A DNA stretch of 64,000 nt from an uncultured Bacilli bacterium (GTDB lineage: Bacteria > Bacillota_I > Bacilli_A > RF39 > UBA660). Made by a program: the position numbers and the translations under genes. The notes beneath the pieces were generated by a model, which was given only the letters and a program-made list of their open reading frames with translations, had not been told where the DNA came from and searched no databases. Position 1 is the stretch's first letter. Every line of letters begins with the position of its first letter. Of the stretch, positions 28,662-38,502 are shown piece by piece. The DNA is taken from positions 211,343 to 275,342 of the forward strand of contig CAJUPN010000001.1 in assembly GCA_910588195.1 (NCBI GenBank), read 5' to 3'.

Positions 28662-29807
28662 ATGAGTTTTGTTGATAAGTTTAAAAAGATATTATTTGAT
28701 GATGTTGATGATAATGAGGAATTACCTGAAAGAACTCCAAAAGGGAAAAAAGAAGAAAAACATGAGTCGTCTGGTTTTATAGATTATCATAATAATGAAG
28801 AAGATGAAGAAAATCCGATTAGGGAAATAAAAATACCTAAACAACCAGAAGAAGAAAAAGAAGTACCTAAAGTAGCAGAAGAAGCTAATAATTTTAAATT
28901 TCCAGATGTAAGAGATTTTGATGATAAAATTCCAACACGTGAAAGAAATTATGAAGATATGAATTTAAATTTCTTTGATGAAGAGCCAGAGGAAGAAATA
29001 AAATTAGTTAAGGAAGTAAATTCTTTTACAACAGAAAAAGCTCCACAGAAAAAGAAAAGAGAAATAAAAGATTATCGTAAAATGCTTAGTGCTGATGAAG
29101 AACCTTCTAAGGAGAAGAAACCATTTACTAATACACCGGTTATCTCGCCTGTTTGGGGTATTCTTGATAAGAATTATAAGCCAGAGGAAATTGTTGATAG
29201 AACAGAAACTTTAACTAAATTAAATACGGGAGCAGTTCCTAGAAGTTATGGACCAGTTAGTTACAATGATCAACCTTTAGTACAAAAGAAAAAAGAAGAG
29301 AAAGCTCTTAAAGAGAAAAAAGAAGCAGAATTAATTGAATTAAATACTGCAATTACCGATTTAATTAATGAGCCAATTGAAGAACAACCAAAAGTAATTA
29401 ATAAGCCCAAAAAGGTAAGTGAGAGAGAATTACCGAATGTTATTCAAGAAGAAGAGGTTCCAAAGCATTCAATTGATGATATTGACGATGACATAATAAA
29501 AACGGATAATTATGATGATATTGAAGAAGTTAATGCAAATTATAATGATCATAGTATAGAAAATGAAGAAAAAGCTAATAATAATATAGAAGATGCATTT
29601 GAGAGTACAAGTGAGTTTGACAGTATAAGAGAAAATGATTCAGTAGAAGAAAATGATCAAGAAGATGAAGAAGAACTAGTTGATTTAGATTCAATAGTTA
29701 ATAAAACTTCAGATGATGAAACAGATGATGATGCTGGATTAGATAACACTATTGAAACAGATTTATTTAATTTGATTGATTCAATGTATAAAGATGAGGA
29801 TGAATAA
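28662..29807 (+). CDS. acidic Lys/Glu-rich protein with N-terminal amphipathic helix
   Basis: About 381 aa. It starts MSFVDKFKKILF and is extremely charged and low-complexity. Start chosen at ATG 28662 after RBS agaggatgagg; the ORF track starts at 28653. Confidence 0.45.
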   Translation: MSFVDKFKKILFDDVDDNEELPERTPKGKKEEKHESSGFIDYHNNEEDEENPIREIKIPKQPEEEKEVPKVAEEANNFKFPDVRDFDDKIPTRERNYEDMNLNFFDEEPEEEIKLVKEVNSFTTEKAPQKKKREIKDYRKMLSADEEPSKEKKPFTNTPVISPVWGILDKNYKPEEIVDRTETLTKLNTGAVPRSYGPVSYNDQPLVQKKKEEKALKEKKEAELIELNTAITDLINEPIEEQPKVINKPKKVSERELPNVIQEEEVPKHSIDDIDDDIIKTDNYDDIEEVNANYNDHSIENEEKANNNIEDAFESTSEFDSIRENDSVEENDQEDEEELVDLDSIVNKTSDDETDDDAGLDNTIETDLFNLIDSMYKDEDE

Positions 29808-30136
29808 TGGAAATATTAAATATTCTATTACCAATAATAGTTAATATATTACTGATAGTCTTACTTGTATGTGGTATTATTTTACTTATTAAATGCATAT
29901 ATATAATTGACAAGATTAAAGCAATTGCTTTAAATGTCGAAGAAAAAGTTAATAGTTTAAATTCTTTATTCGCGATTATTTCACTTGTTAGTGAAAAAGT
30001 AACTGGCTTAACGGAAAAATGTGTTATAGCTATTGAAAACTTTTTTGTTAGGCTTTTGAATCGTAAGGATGAAGAGGAACTAACAGACGAAGAAGAAGAG
30101 TTAAAGGAAATACTAAAAAAGGAAAGGAAAAAGTAA
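29807..30136 (+). CDS. DUF948/YtxG-like membrane-anchored protein
   Basis: N-terminal TM then a coiled-coil, immediately upstream of a YtxH-like gene as in B. subtilis ytxG-ytxH. Confidence 0.5.
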   Translation: MEILNILLPIIVNILLIVLLVCGIILLIKCIYIIDKIKAIALNVEEKVNSLNSLFAIISLVSEKVTGLTEKCVIAIENFFVRLLNRKDEEELTDEEEELKEILKKERKK

Positions 30137-30137
30137 G

Positions 30138-30533
30138 ATGGGAAAAAAAGGTTTAGGAAAAGTTTTAGCAGGAGCTGCAGTAGGTGTTGGAATTGGAATG
30201 CTTTTAGCACCTAAAAGTGGAGAAGAAACTAGAAAAGATTTAAAAAAAGGAGCTAAGAATTTAGCTAATAAAGTAAAAGATATTGATCTTAATGAAGTTA
30301 AAGATGATTTGGTAGATCAATTTGAGAAATTAAAAAAAGATTTATCTAACATGGATAAAGAAAAAGCAAAGAAAATTGCTAAAAAGAAAATCAATGAGTT
30401 AAACGATAAAGCTCAAGATTTAATGGAGATGGCTAAAGAGAAAAGTGCTCCAGTTGTTGAAAAAACAGCAAAAGATTTAAAGAAAAAACTAGCAGATTTA
30501 CTTGCTGATATGCATGATAAATTAGAAGATTAA
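30138..30533 (+). CDS. YtxH-like general stress protein
   Basis: Starts MGKKGLGKVLAGAAVGVGIGMLLAPKSGEETRKDLKK, the YtxH-family N-terminus, followed by a Lys-rich coiled-coil. Confidence 0.6.
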   Translation: MGKKGLGKVLAGAAVGVGIGMLLAPKSGEETRKDLKKGAKNLANKVKDIDLNEVKDDLVDQFEKLKKDLSNMDKEKAKKIAKKKINELNDKAQDLMEMAKEKSAPVVEKTAKDLKKKLADLLADMHDKLED

Positions 30534-30568
30534 ATATAATAGGATTATTATTATTTAAATAAATTAGT

Positions 30569-30596
30569 AACCACACTACAAATAGTGTGGTTTTTA
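30569..30596 (+). terminator. rho-independent terminator
   Basis: aaccacact/acaaat/agtgtggtt hairpin plus T5. Confidence 0.65.
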
Positions 30597-30889
30597 TTTA
30601 AGAAAAGTAGTAATTTTGTATTTTATTAAAATAAGACATATTTTGATATAATATCATCATATAGTTTTTTTACATTAAACTGACAATATCATAAAATGCA
30701 AAAGATTTATTATTATGAAAAATAAAATAATATATGAATATCTAAAAAAAATAAGAGTATAATAAACTTTTGCAAAGTAAGGACTAAAAGTTATTTAGAA
30801 TTTATGAATGAGGTAAAAAAAACAATGTTTTTCTATTTAAAAAAGAAATCATATAATGTATAATGATGTTAAGAGTAGTGAGGCATTTA

Positions 30890-31969
30890 ATGGATTTTAG
30901 ACAAATTGGTGAGTTTATTAAAAAATTAAGAAAAGAAAGAGGCGAATCTCAACAGCAGCTTGCTGATAGTATTAATATGGATCGTTCTAATCTTAGTAGG
31001 ATTGAATCGGGTAAAGTTATGATATCATTAGAAAATTTAGAATTAATTTCTACTCATTTTGATATATCGATTAATCAGATTTTATGTTCAGGAATTAAAA
31101 AGAGCTCAGAGAAAGAATCTTCTGTTAAGTATTTATATAAAAATAATTTAAGGATATCTAAGGTTAATAAGTTTTTGAAAATTTTAATTTTAACAGTTAT
31201 TTTTTTTCTTATTTTGTTTTTGAGTTATTTTTTTATTTTTTTTTATAATTCTGTAAAAGTATTTTCTATAGAATGTGATGAATATGATTTTATGGTGACT
31301 AGTGGTATCATAATGAAAACCAATGATAGAGTGTATCTATCTTTTACTCCTCTTTTTTTAGATGAAAATTCAATAAAAGATTATTCATTGCTATATAAGA
31401 GTAATGGAAAAAATAAGTATATTATGAGCAGCGATGTTATTCGTCCTATTGAGTTTACTGATACTTATAACTATCAAGAATATATAAATTTTCTTGATTT
31501 TCAAGAAATTATAGAAAACTTCTATTTTGAAATAAATTATTTGGATGGGAGTAGCAAAATTTATAAGTTAAATGTATCTAAAAATTATAGTAGTTCTAAA
31601 ATTTTTATAAACTATCAAGATAAAGATGAAAGGATTTTAGAAGACGAGTTATATGAAGAAAATGAAATAATAAAAAAAGTAACTGATAAATATTTTAATT
31701 TAGGTAAACCTCTATATATAAAATACGATAAAAAAGAATATGAAGTTTTTATTGGTGAAAATTTTGTTTCAGTAATTTACATGGAAGAATTAAACAAGAT
31801 TACTTTAAAATATATAGCACTTGATGGTGGAGATTTTTTTAAATATGTTAATGGTCAAAATAAATATGGTAAAAGTATAAATAGCGACAATTGTGATTTT
31901 GACTGTGATGATTTTTTAGTTGATTATAATTTATTTATGAAAGTTATTAGCAAAATTATAGAAAAATAG
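30890..31969 (+). CDS. membrane-anchored XRE-family transcriptional regulator with extracytoplasmic domain
   Basis: HTH_3 motif (ESQQQLADSINMDRSNLSRIESGK), one TM segment (FLKILILTVIFFLILFLSYFFIFFY) and a ~230-aa C-terminal domain. The ORF track starts at 30863; start chosen at the internal Met preceding the HTH. Confidence 0.6.
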   Translation: MDFRQIGEFIKKLRKERGESQQQLADSINMDRSNLSRIESGKVMISLENLELISTHFDISINQILCSGIKKSSEKESSVKYLYKNNLRISKVNKFLKILILTVIFFLILFLSYFFIFFYNSVKVFSIECDEYDFMVTSGIIMKTNDRVYLSFTPLFLDENSIKDYSLLYKSNGKNKYIMSSDVIRPIEFTDTYNYQEYINFLDFQEIIENFYFEINYLDGSSKIYKLNVSKNYSSSKIFINYQDKDERILEDELYEENEIIKKVTDKYFNLGKPLYIKYDKKEYEVFIGENFVSVIYMEELNKITLKYIALDGGDFFKYVNGQNKYGKSINSDNCDFDCDDFLVDYNLFMKVISKIIEK

Positions 31970-32113
31970 TTATTGTGTATAATTTGCACAACGAAAATCT
32001 TGAATGTGCATTAAATGCACATAAATTTTCATGTTTTATATGTTATTTTTTTAGTGTAGGAAGTTTACTTTTATAGTTTTTCTTACAGAAAAATGTGAAA
32101 GGAGGAAAATTGA

Positions 32114-32557
32114 ATGAAAATAATAAAGTATAGTTTCATGATGTTGGGAGTGGCTATTATTGCAAACATAGCATTAGTTCAAGCATTAACTAATCTTAAT
32201 CAGTTTGGACTTATTTATGGAACTGCGACAATTCCAGCTGGAAAGACTGTTCAATTAAATAACGATGTTCAAAAGACAGAGTTAGGTGTACAGTCTGTAA
32301 CTAATACGAGGACCTTTACTCCATTGACAGATCCTTGTCCAAAATGCAATATTGAAGTAAATTTATTACGTAAATTATCTTCGGGAAAATATGATAAAGT
32401 TGGAACAGTATTTGTCAAACAAGGGCAAACTGATTATTTTTTGTCTCAAAGTGTAAGTCAATCATTCGGAGAGTTTAATCTATCATTTAGAAGAGTTGAT
32501 GCAACTGCTCTTACAACTTATGTTGGCTTTGACTGGAGAGTTCAAGATTCTAAGTGA
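32114..32557 (+). CDS. small secreted protein (possible bacteriocin-like or immunity-associated)
   Basis: 147 aa with a Sec signal and AxA-type site (VQA). Beta-rich composition, two Cys (CPKC). RBS ggaggaaaat. Confidence 0.5.
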   Translation: MKIIKYSFMMLGVAIIANIALVQALTNLNQFGLIYGTATIPAGKTVQLNNDVQKTELGVQSVTNTRTFTPLTDPCPKCNIEVNLLRKLSSGKYDKVGTVFVKQGQTDYFLSQSVSQSFGEFNLSFRRVDATALTTYVGFDWRVQDSK

Positions 32558-32627
32558 TAATAACACTAAATACACAAAGAAGTTTTATACTTCTTTTGTG
32601 TTGATTAAAAGATATTGAGGTAAAAAT

Positions 32628-33554
32628 ATGAGAAAAATAAAAGATAAAATGTTTGTTGTTATGTTGAGTTTTTTTATAATATTTGCTTTTTTTGTTTCTT
32701 TTATGGGAATTAATGATGTTGTTGAACATGAAAAAGTTATGAAATTTTTGGAGGACGACCTTGTTCGTCAATGTCAAGAATTAGACAGAAATGTTGCTAG
32801 TGAAGAAAATTTGGATTTTTGTGATAAAGTTCTTGGGGATGATTATGAAAGATACAAGCGAACAGCATACGAAACTTATGATTATTATGTTTTGGAAATA
32901 GTTAGAAAATATTGCAATGAATTTGTACTTATATTGATTATTGTAATAGGAAGTACTTTTTATGTTACAAAATTTTTAAGAAGTCGTGTAATACTAAATG
33001 AGTTAGTTAGAAATAACTATAATGATGTTAAGAAAAAGTTGTTTTTTTCTTCTTGGAAATATTCTCTTTTAGTGTCTTTGATGCTTTTTATTATTTTTAT
33101 TATTATAATATTATTTGTTGGTAATATAGAACTTAATGTTTATCATTTATCAAATACAATATTTTCAAGTAACATTTTAGTATATTTTGGAGTTCTTTTG
33201 TTAAATGCTTTTATTTTAACTTTAATTTATACAAATATAAGTTTAATAGTTGCAAGAAAAGAGCATAATTATATTTTAGCAGTAATTAAATCATATATAC
33301 TTATAATTGGCATTGAAATTTTTTTTGAAGTGATTTTATATAATATTATATTTAAGTTATTTGGTTCATCATTTGGAGCATATTTTAATCTTCTAGCTGT
33401 CTATAATTATTCATATACAGATGAGAATTTATTAGTAATTTGGTTGTTAATAGCCATATTGATAATTACATTTGTTATTTTACATTATAGGTATAGAAAT
33501 AAAGAAAAGTTGGTAATTGATTGTGAAAAAAATGATAATAAAGAAGAGGATTAA
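32628..33554 (+). CDS. integral membrane protein
   Basis: 308 aa with 5-6 TM helices. Immediately upstream of the ABC ATPase. Confidence 0.5.
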   Translation: MRKIKDKMFVVMLSFFIIFAFFVSFMGINDVVEHEKVMKFLEDDLVRQCQELDRNVASEENLDFCDKVLGDDYERYKRTAYETYDYYVLEIVRKYCNEFVLILIIVIGSTFYVTKFLRSRVILNELVRNNYNDVKKKLFFSSWKYSLLVSLMLFIIFIIIILFVGNIELNVYHLSNTIFSSNILVYFGVLLLNAFILTLIYTNISLIVARKEHNYILAVIKSYILIIGIEIFFEVILYNIIFKLFGSSFGAYFNLLAVYNYSYTDENLLVIWLLIAILIITFVILHYRYRNKEKLVIDCEKNDNKEED

Positions 33555-33556
33555 TT

Positions 33557-34198
33557 ATGAAAATAGAATTAAAAAATGTATATAAAAGTTTTAATAAGAA
33601 TAAAGTTATTAAAAATGTTTCTATGACTTTAGAGGGTGGGAATATTTATGGCTTTTATGGCAGGAATGGAACAGGGAAAAGTGTGCTTCTAAAAATTATT
33701 GCTGGTTTATATGTTCCAACTAGTGGAGAAGTTATTATTGATGGTGTTGATATAAACAAAACTGGAGATTATCCTAAGAATATGCGAATTTTAATTGAAA
33801 AATCGGCTTTCTTTCCTGATATTTCGGGATTTGAGAATTTAAAACTTCTTGCAGATATAAATAAAGCAATAGATGAAGAAAAAATATTAGAAACCTTAGA
33901 AATTGTTAATTTAATTGGTGAAAAAAATAAAAAGTATTGTAAATATTCTTTAGGAATGAAACAAAAGCTTGGGATTGCGCAAGTAATTATGGAGAATCCT
34001 GATATTTTAATATTTGATGAACCTTTTAATGGAATAGAGCAAGTTACTGTAGATAAACTTACTAAATATCTTTTAAATGAGAAGAAAAAGGGAAAATTGA
34101 TAATTATTAGTACACACATTAAAGAAGATTTAATTAAATTATCTGATGAAATTTATTTGTTTGATAATGGGTTAATCAGTAAGGTTAAAAATGTTTAA
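33557..34198 (+). CDS. ABC transporter ATP-binding protein, LanF-like (E-loop variant)
   Basis: Walker A GRNGTGKS, signature YSLGMKQKLGIA and Walker B ILIFDEP are present. Where the Q-loop should be, the sequence is ..RILIEKSAFFPD.., with Glu replacing Gln as in LanFEG immunity transporters. Confidence 0.8.
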   Translation: MKIELKNVYKSFNKNKVIKNVSMTLEGGNIYGFYGRNGTGKSVLLKIIAGLYVPTSGEVIIDGVDINKTGDYPKNMRILIEKSAFFPDISGFENLKLLADINKAIDEEKILETLEIVNLIGEKNKKYCKYSLGMKQKLGIAQVIMENPDILIFDEPFNGIEQVTVDKLTKYLLNEKKKGKLIIISTHIKEDLIKLSDEIYLFDNGLISKVKNV

Positions 34199-34901
34199 AC
34201 AGGTTTATAATAGATGTAAATTTTACTTAAATTCATATGTTACTTTTGGAACAATATTTGTAATACTTTTTCTTTTGATTCTACCAACATTTGATTTTAA
34301 ATTATCTAATGGTTTTTTCTTTAATATTAGGTATGCCTCCCAAAATATGTTGGTTGTTGAGGGAATGTTACTTTTATATGTTTTTAATATATGGTCGTAT
34401 TTAAAGAAAAATAAAAACAACTTTTATCAAGCACATCGTTACGGAAATATTAGAGTATTAATAAAAAATAATATTTGTGATGTTATTTTCATAGGTTGGA
34501 TTCTAGAAACTGTCTTTTGGATTTTAAATATAACTGTAGCTACGATATTTAGTGATGGTTACTATTTGGGGGTATACCAGTTTTATAAAATAACAAATGT
34601 CATTTATTTAGTATATTTAGTTATATTAAGATATCTTATAATAAGTCTTATGTCTATAATTATTTATTTTATTTTTCATACAGGTAATAAAATATTAAAG
34701 ACAAGTTTATTTCTTGTAGTTGCATTTAACATTCTAGTTTTTCCGAATAGTTTTCCAATTTCTTTTGCAACGTTAGTCTTTGGGTATAAGTTTAAATATT
34801 TTGCAATTGAAATTATATATGCTATATTTTTAATAGTTTTTTATATAGTAGGATTAATATTAATTAAGAAAAAGTTTATAGACAAGAAAAGAGATTTGTA
34901 A
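34191..34901 (+). CDS. ABC-2-type permease (LanE/G-like)
   Basis: 236 aa with 6 predicted TM segments. Translationally coupled to the ATPase. Confidence 0.55.
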   Translation: MFKQVYNRCKFYLNSYVTFGTIFVILFLLILPTFDFKLSNGFFFNIRYASQNMLVVEGMLLLYVFNIWSYLKKNKNNFYQAHRYGNIRVLIKNNICDVIFIGWILETVFWILNITVATIFSDGYYLGVYQFYKITNVIYLVYLVILRYLIISLMSIIIYFIFHTGNKILKTSLFLVVAFNILVFPNSFPISFATLVFGYKFKYFAIEIIYAIFLIVFYIVGLILIKKKFIDKKRDL

Positions 34902-35551
34902 TGGGATATGAAATAAAAATGGCAGAAAAATCTTTATTTAAAACACTAGTAGTATTAATCTTTTATTTATTTGTACTTTTTTTTCATATATATTCTTTTT
35001 TATGTTTACCCAAAAACGATGTTGAAATATTTAATCAAGTCCTTAATTGTCTTTCTTATCCTATGTTTAAAGAATATTCTTTTACAGAAGAATTATTATA
35101 TGTTTTTAACAATGTATATTTTGTTTTATATTTTGCTATGTTTTATATATATGAATATATTCATATTCATGGAATAATTGCAACAAGATATGATAAAAAA
35201 AGATGGGTTACTCATAAATATGTAGTTGGAATTCTTTTTATTATTTTAATTAGTTTAGTACAGTACTTGTTAATTGCTTATTTGTTCAATTTTAAAATGC
35301 CACTAGATATGAAATATTATTTATATCCAGTTTTGTTTAAAATGTTAATTATGTCTATTTTGTATACTCTTTATAATTTCTTTAAAACAAATAAGATTGC
35401 TTTTTTTATCATTTTGATAATATCTTCTTTTTTATTACGTTATTTTAATCCTGTAATTGCAATTATTATTTTCGTAGCCTCATTTATTTTTAATTATGTG
35501 TTTTTTGACTTGAGAGGTTTTAAATATAATTTTATGCGATTAAATAGTTAA
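34901..35551 (+). CDS. ABC-2-type permease (LanE/G-like)
   Basis: 216 aa, 6 TM. Overlaps the stop of the upstream gene. Confidence 0.55.
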   Translation: MGYEIKMAEKSLFKTLVVLIFYLFVLFFHIYSFLCLPKNDVEIFNQVLNCLSYPMFKEYSFTEELLYVFNNVYFVLYFAMFYIYEYIHIHGIIATRYDKKRWVTHKYVVGILFIILISLVQYLLIAYLFNFKMPLDMKYYLYPVLFKMLIMSILYTLYNFFKTNKIAFFIILIISSFLLRYFNPVIAIIIFVASFIFNYVFFDLRGFKYNFMRLNS

Positions 35552-35623
35552 TTGAAAATATCTTTTATATTGTAAATTTATTTAATCTAAAGTATAATTG
35601 TAATAGAGTAGGAAGGTGGAATT

Positions 35624-37027
35624 ATGAATTGTGGCAATTGCGGTAAACCATTATTTGCTGGGTCAACTATATGTCCTGTTTGTGGTGTCGATAATGCTAA
35701 TTTGGTGAATAATCAAAGTGTTAGTAACAATTCTATGGTTCCACCACAAGAACAAATATTAAATAATGGTGAATCACTAGTAAATGAAAGTGTTGTTAGT
35801 GATGCCAATACTTCAGTTGATAAGCTTGAGGTACTTGAGACTTTAGACAGTGGGGATATAAACGCGAATAATTCTTATCAAGAAGTTCCTCAAAGTTTAG
35901 AACAAGTTACTGAGAATGAGCCAACAAATTTAGTTGGTGAAAGTCAAAGTTTAGGAGCTACAGAGTATTTAGAAAGTAATGAAGAAATAGCACAAGATGA
36001 AGAGGAACCTAAAGTAGATATAACTGAAAATATGGCACCACCTACACTAAATGTTGAAGAAGAAAACTTAACTCAAGGGGCTGGTGAATTATCCAATGAA
36101 AACAGTGTTTCCACATATTCTGAAGAAGCATTAACAGAACAAAAACATGAAGAACAAGCGGAGCAGATAAGACAAGAGGAAAGAGTGGATATTGCTATAC
36201 CAACGGTTGGTGAAGTTTCTCAAGTAGCTCTTCCTTCTGATGGAACAGCTCCGGAGGTAAAAGAAAATACTGATACGGTTGGGGAAACAACAACTACTGG
36301 TCAGGAAGTTTTAGAAGAACCAAATAAAAAGAAAAAATTTAAAATAACTTTATCTTCAGGAAGTAAAAGTGTTCCTAAAACAATTATGATAATAGTAGCA
36401 ATTATATTTTTAGTTATTGGTGTACTTTTAGGTAAAATGTTTTTTTCTAAAAATTATTGTGCAACAACGAATAGCAGTAATCGAAATATTTTAAATAATA
36501 AAAAGATAAAATATGTTAGTGATGGCAAAAATAATATAACTAATATTTTAGGTGTTACTTATAAAATACCAGAACAGTATACTTATGATAAAAGAGAAAA
36601 TGGAGTTTTAATATATGGTGAAGGTGATACTTTTAGATTATATATTAAAACAGAGCAAGGTCTTTATTCTGATTTAACTGGTGCCAAAAATTCTATTAAG
36701 GCATCAATGGTAGAAAATAGTATAAATGTTTCTAATGTTAAAGAGTTAAAAGCTAATGATGTTGAGTTTTTAGTTTTTGAGACTACTACTAAATTAGTGA
36801 ATAGAATGATTGCCTTTGCTTCTGCTCCACAAGATCAAGTATATTATTTAGAAATTGTTAATACTAATAATAACTATGATTATGATGTTTTAGATGTAGC
36901 TGCTGATATATTAAAAAATGCTACTTATGAAGAAGTTAGTACAAATATGGAAAAGATAGATATAGAAGATATTTCTGAAGTGTCGATAAAAGCAGCTTTA
37001 GAATATAAAAATCTTGTTAAGAGATAA
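35624..37027 (+). CDS. zinc-ribbon membrane protein (N-terminal CxxC-x11-CxxC, acidic linker, TM, extracytoplasmic domain)
   Basis: Starts MNCGNCGKPLFAGSTICPVCG. Long acidic low-complexity linker, one TM (IMIIVAIIFLVIGVLLG) and a ~190-aa C-terminal domain. Confidence 0.5.
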   Translation: MNCGNCGKPLFAGSTICPVCGVDNANLVNNQSVSNNSMVPPQEQILNNGESLVNESVVSDANTSVDKLEVLETLDSGDINANNSYQEVPQSLEQVTENEPTNLVGESQSLGATEYLESNEEIAQDEEEPKVDITENMAPPTLNVEEENLTQGAGELSNENSVSTYSEEALTEQKHEEQAEQIRQEERVDIAIPTVGEVSQVALPSDGTAPEVKENTDTVGETTTTGQEVLEEPNKKKKFKITLSSGSKSVPKTIMIIVAIIFLVIGVLLGKMFFSKNYCATTNSSNRNILNNKKIKYVSDGKNNITNILGVTYKIPEQYTYDKRENGVLIYGEGDTFRLYIKTEQGLYSDLTGAKNSIKASMVENSINVSNVKELKANDVEFLVFETTTKLVNRMIAFASAPQDQVYYLEIVNTNNNYDYDVLDVAADILKNATYEEVSTNMEKIDIEDISEVSIKAALEYKNLVKR

Positions 37028-37033
37028 AATAGT

Positions 37034-37063
37034 TTGACAAGTTAGATAATTTGTTAGTATAAT
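37034..37063 (+). promoter_or_regulatory. sigma-A-like promoter TTGACA-18-TATAAT for the tyrS leader
   Basis: ttgaca at ~37034 and tataat at ~37058. Confidence 0.5.
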
Positions 37064-37064
37064 T

Positions 37065-37205
37065 ATTTTGTTGATGGAGATTAGGATTTACGACCCTAGG
37101 AGTCAAATCGTTATGTCGCGTTAAGATATTATAAGGTGATTTAAAGTCATGAATTAAGGTGGTACCACGGGTTTCTCGTCCTTAAGTTTCATGACTTTTT
37201 ATTTT
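37065..37205 (+). promoter_or_regulatory. T-box riboswitch leader (tyrS), UAC specifier candidate
   Basis: T-box aaggtggtaccacggg at 37155-37170, overlapping terminator (..gtttctcgtccttaagtttcatgacttttt). A candidate Tyr codon lies in gatttacgacc. Confidence 0.75.
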
Positions 37206-37225
37206 TATAGAAAAGAGGAGAATAG

Positions 37226-38401
37226 ATGATGAATTGTTTTGAAGATTTGGAATGGAGAGGCTTAATAAAAGATATCTCTAGTCCAGAATTAAGAAAAAAA
37301 TTAAATGAAGAGAAGCTAACTTTTTATATAGGAACAGATCCTACAGCGGATTCTATGCATATTGGTCACTTTTCGTCGTTTTTGATTGCTAGTAGGTTAG
37401 CTAAATATGGACACAAACCAATTTTATTAATTGGGGGAGCTACTGGTTTAATTGGAGACCCTAAACCTAGCAAGGAACGTCAAATGATTACGAGAGAAGA
37501 TGTTTTAAAAAATGTAGCTGGTTTAACTAAACAAGCAAAAGAAATATTTGGTTTTGAAGTTGTTAATAATTATGATTGGACGAAAGATTTAACAACACTT
37601 GATTTTTTGAGAGATTATGGAAAATATATTAATGTAAATTATATGTTAGATAAAGATATCATAAGCAGAAGATTGGAAACAGGTATTACTTTTTGTGAAT
37701 TTGCTTATACAATTCTTCAAGGTATGGATTTTGTTGTTTTAAATAAAACTAAAGGAGTAACTTTACAAGTTGCTGGATCAGATCAATGGGGGAATATTAC
37801 AACAGGTATTGAACTTGCTCGTAAACGTGATAATGTGGAGTTATTTGGTATGACTATGCCACTTGTACTTGATGCAAATGGTGTTAAGTTTGGTAAGACT
37901 GAAGGTAATGCTTTATGGCTTGATAAGAATAAAACTTCTTCTTATGATTTATATCAATATTTAATAAATTCTAGTGATGAATGTGTAATTGATTATTTGA
38001 AAAAGTTAACATTCTTATCTAAAGAAGAAATCTTAAAAATAGAAAAAGAACATATGGAGAAGCCTGAACTTAGAATGGCTCAAAAACGTCTTGCACATGA
38101 AGTTATTTCATTTCTTCATGGAGAAGAAGAAGCTACTAAAGCTCGAGAAACTAGTGAAGCCATATTCTCTGGTAAAGTTAGTGAGGATATGCCAGCTGTT
38201 AAAGTTACATCAAAAACAATTTTAGATATTTTAGTTGAATCTGAATTAGCTCCATCTAAATCAGAAGCTAGAAGATTAGTGGAGCAAGGTGGTGTAAGTA
38301 TTGATAATGAAAAGATAACTGATGTTAATTTTGTTGTAGAAAAAACAGAATTTGTTTTACAGAAGGGTAAAAAGAAAATTGTTAAAATTGTTATTGAATA
38401 A
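37226..38401 (+). CDS. tyrS: tyrosyl-tRNA synthetase
   Basis: Class I HIGH motif (MHIGHF), KFGKT (KMSKS-type) and C-terminal S4-like domain. N-terminus ..LEWRGLI.. is typical of TyrRS. Confidence 0.9.
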   Translation: MMNCFEDLEWRGLIKDISSPELRKKLNEEKLTFYIGTDPTADSMHIGHFSSFLIASRLAKYGHKPILLIGGATGLIGDPKPSKERQMITREDVLKNVAGLTKQAKEIFGFEVVNNYDWTKDLTTLDFLRDYGKYINVNYMLDKDIISRRLETGITFCEFAYTILQGMDFVVLNKTKGVTLQVAGSDQWGNITTGIELARKRDNVELFGMTMPLVLDANGVKFGKTEGNALWLDKNKTSSYDLYQYLINSSDECVIDYLKKLTFLSKEEILKIEKEHMEKPELRMAQKRLAHEVISFLHGEEEATKARETSEAIFSGKVSEDMPAVKVTSKTILDILVESELAPSKSEARRLVEQGGVSIDNEKITDVNFVVEKTEFVLQKGKKKIVKIVIE

Positions 38402-38438
38402 AGAAGTTGTGGTTGAGTTTCACAACTTTTCTTCTTTT
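38401..38438 (+). terminator. rho-independent terminator
   Basis: aagaagttgtg/gttgagttt/cacaacttttctt long hairpin plus T-run. Confidence 0.65.
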
Positions 38439-38502
38439 ATAAAAGGGTAAGTTTATTGCAATTTAGTTACCAATAAACTATAATTGATATGAGGTGGCCT
38501 TT

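Noticed and set aside
28662-29807. Calling the acidic 381-aa protein SepF or another named division protein because of its MSFVDKFKK amphipathic N-terminus
   Set aside because: No conserved SepF C-terminal domain or other diagnostic motif is present; only compositional similarity.
33769-34119. 116-aa minus-strand ORF inside the ABC ATPase gene
   Set aside because: Antisense to a gene with unambiguous Walker A, signature and Walker B motifs.
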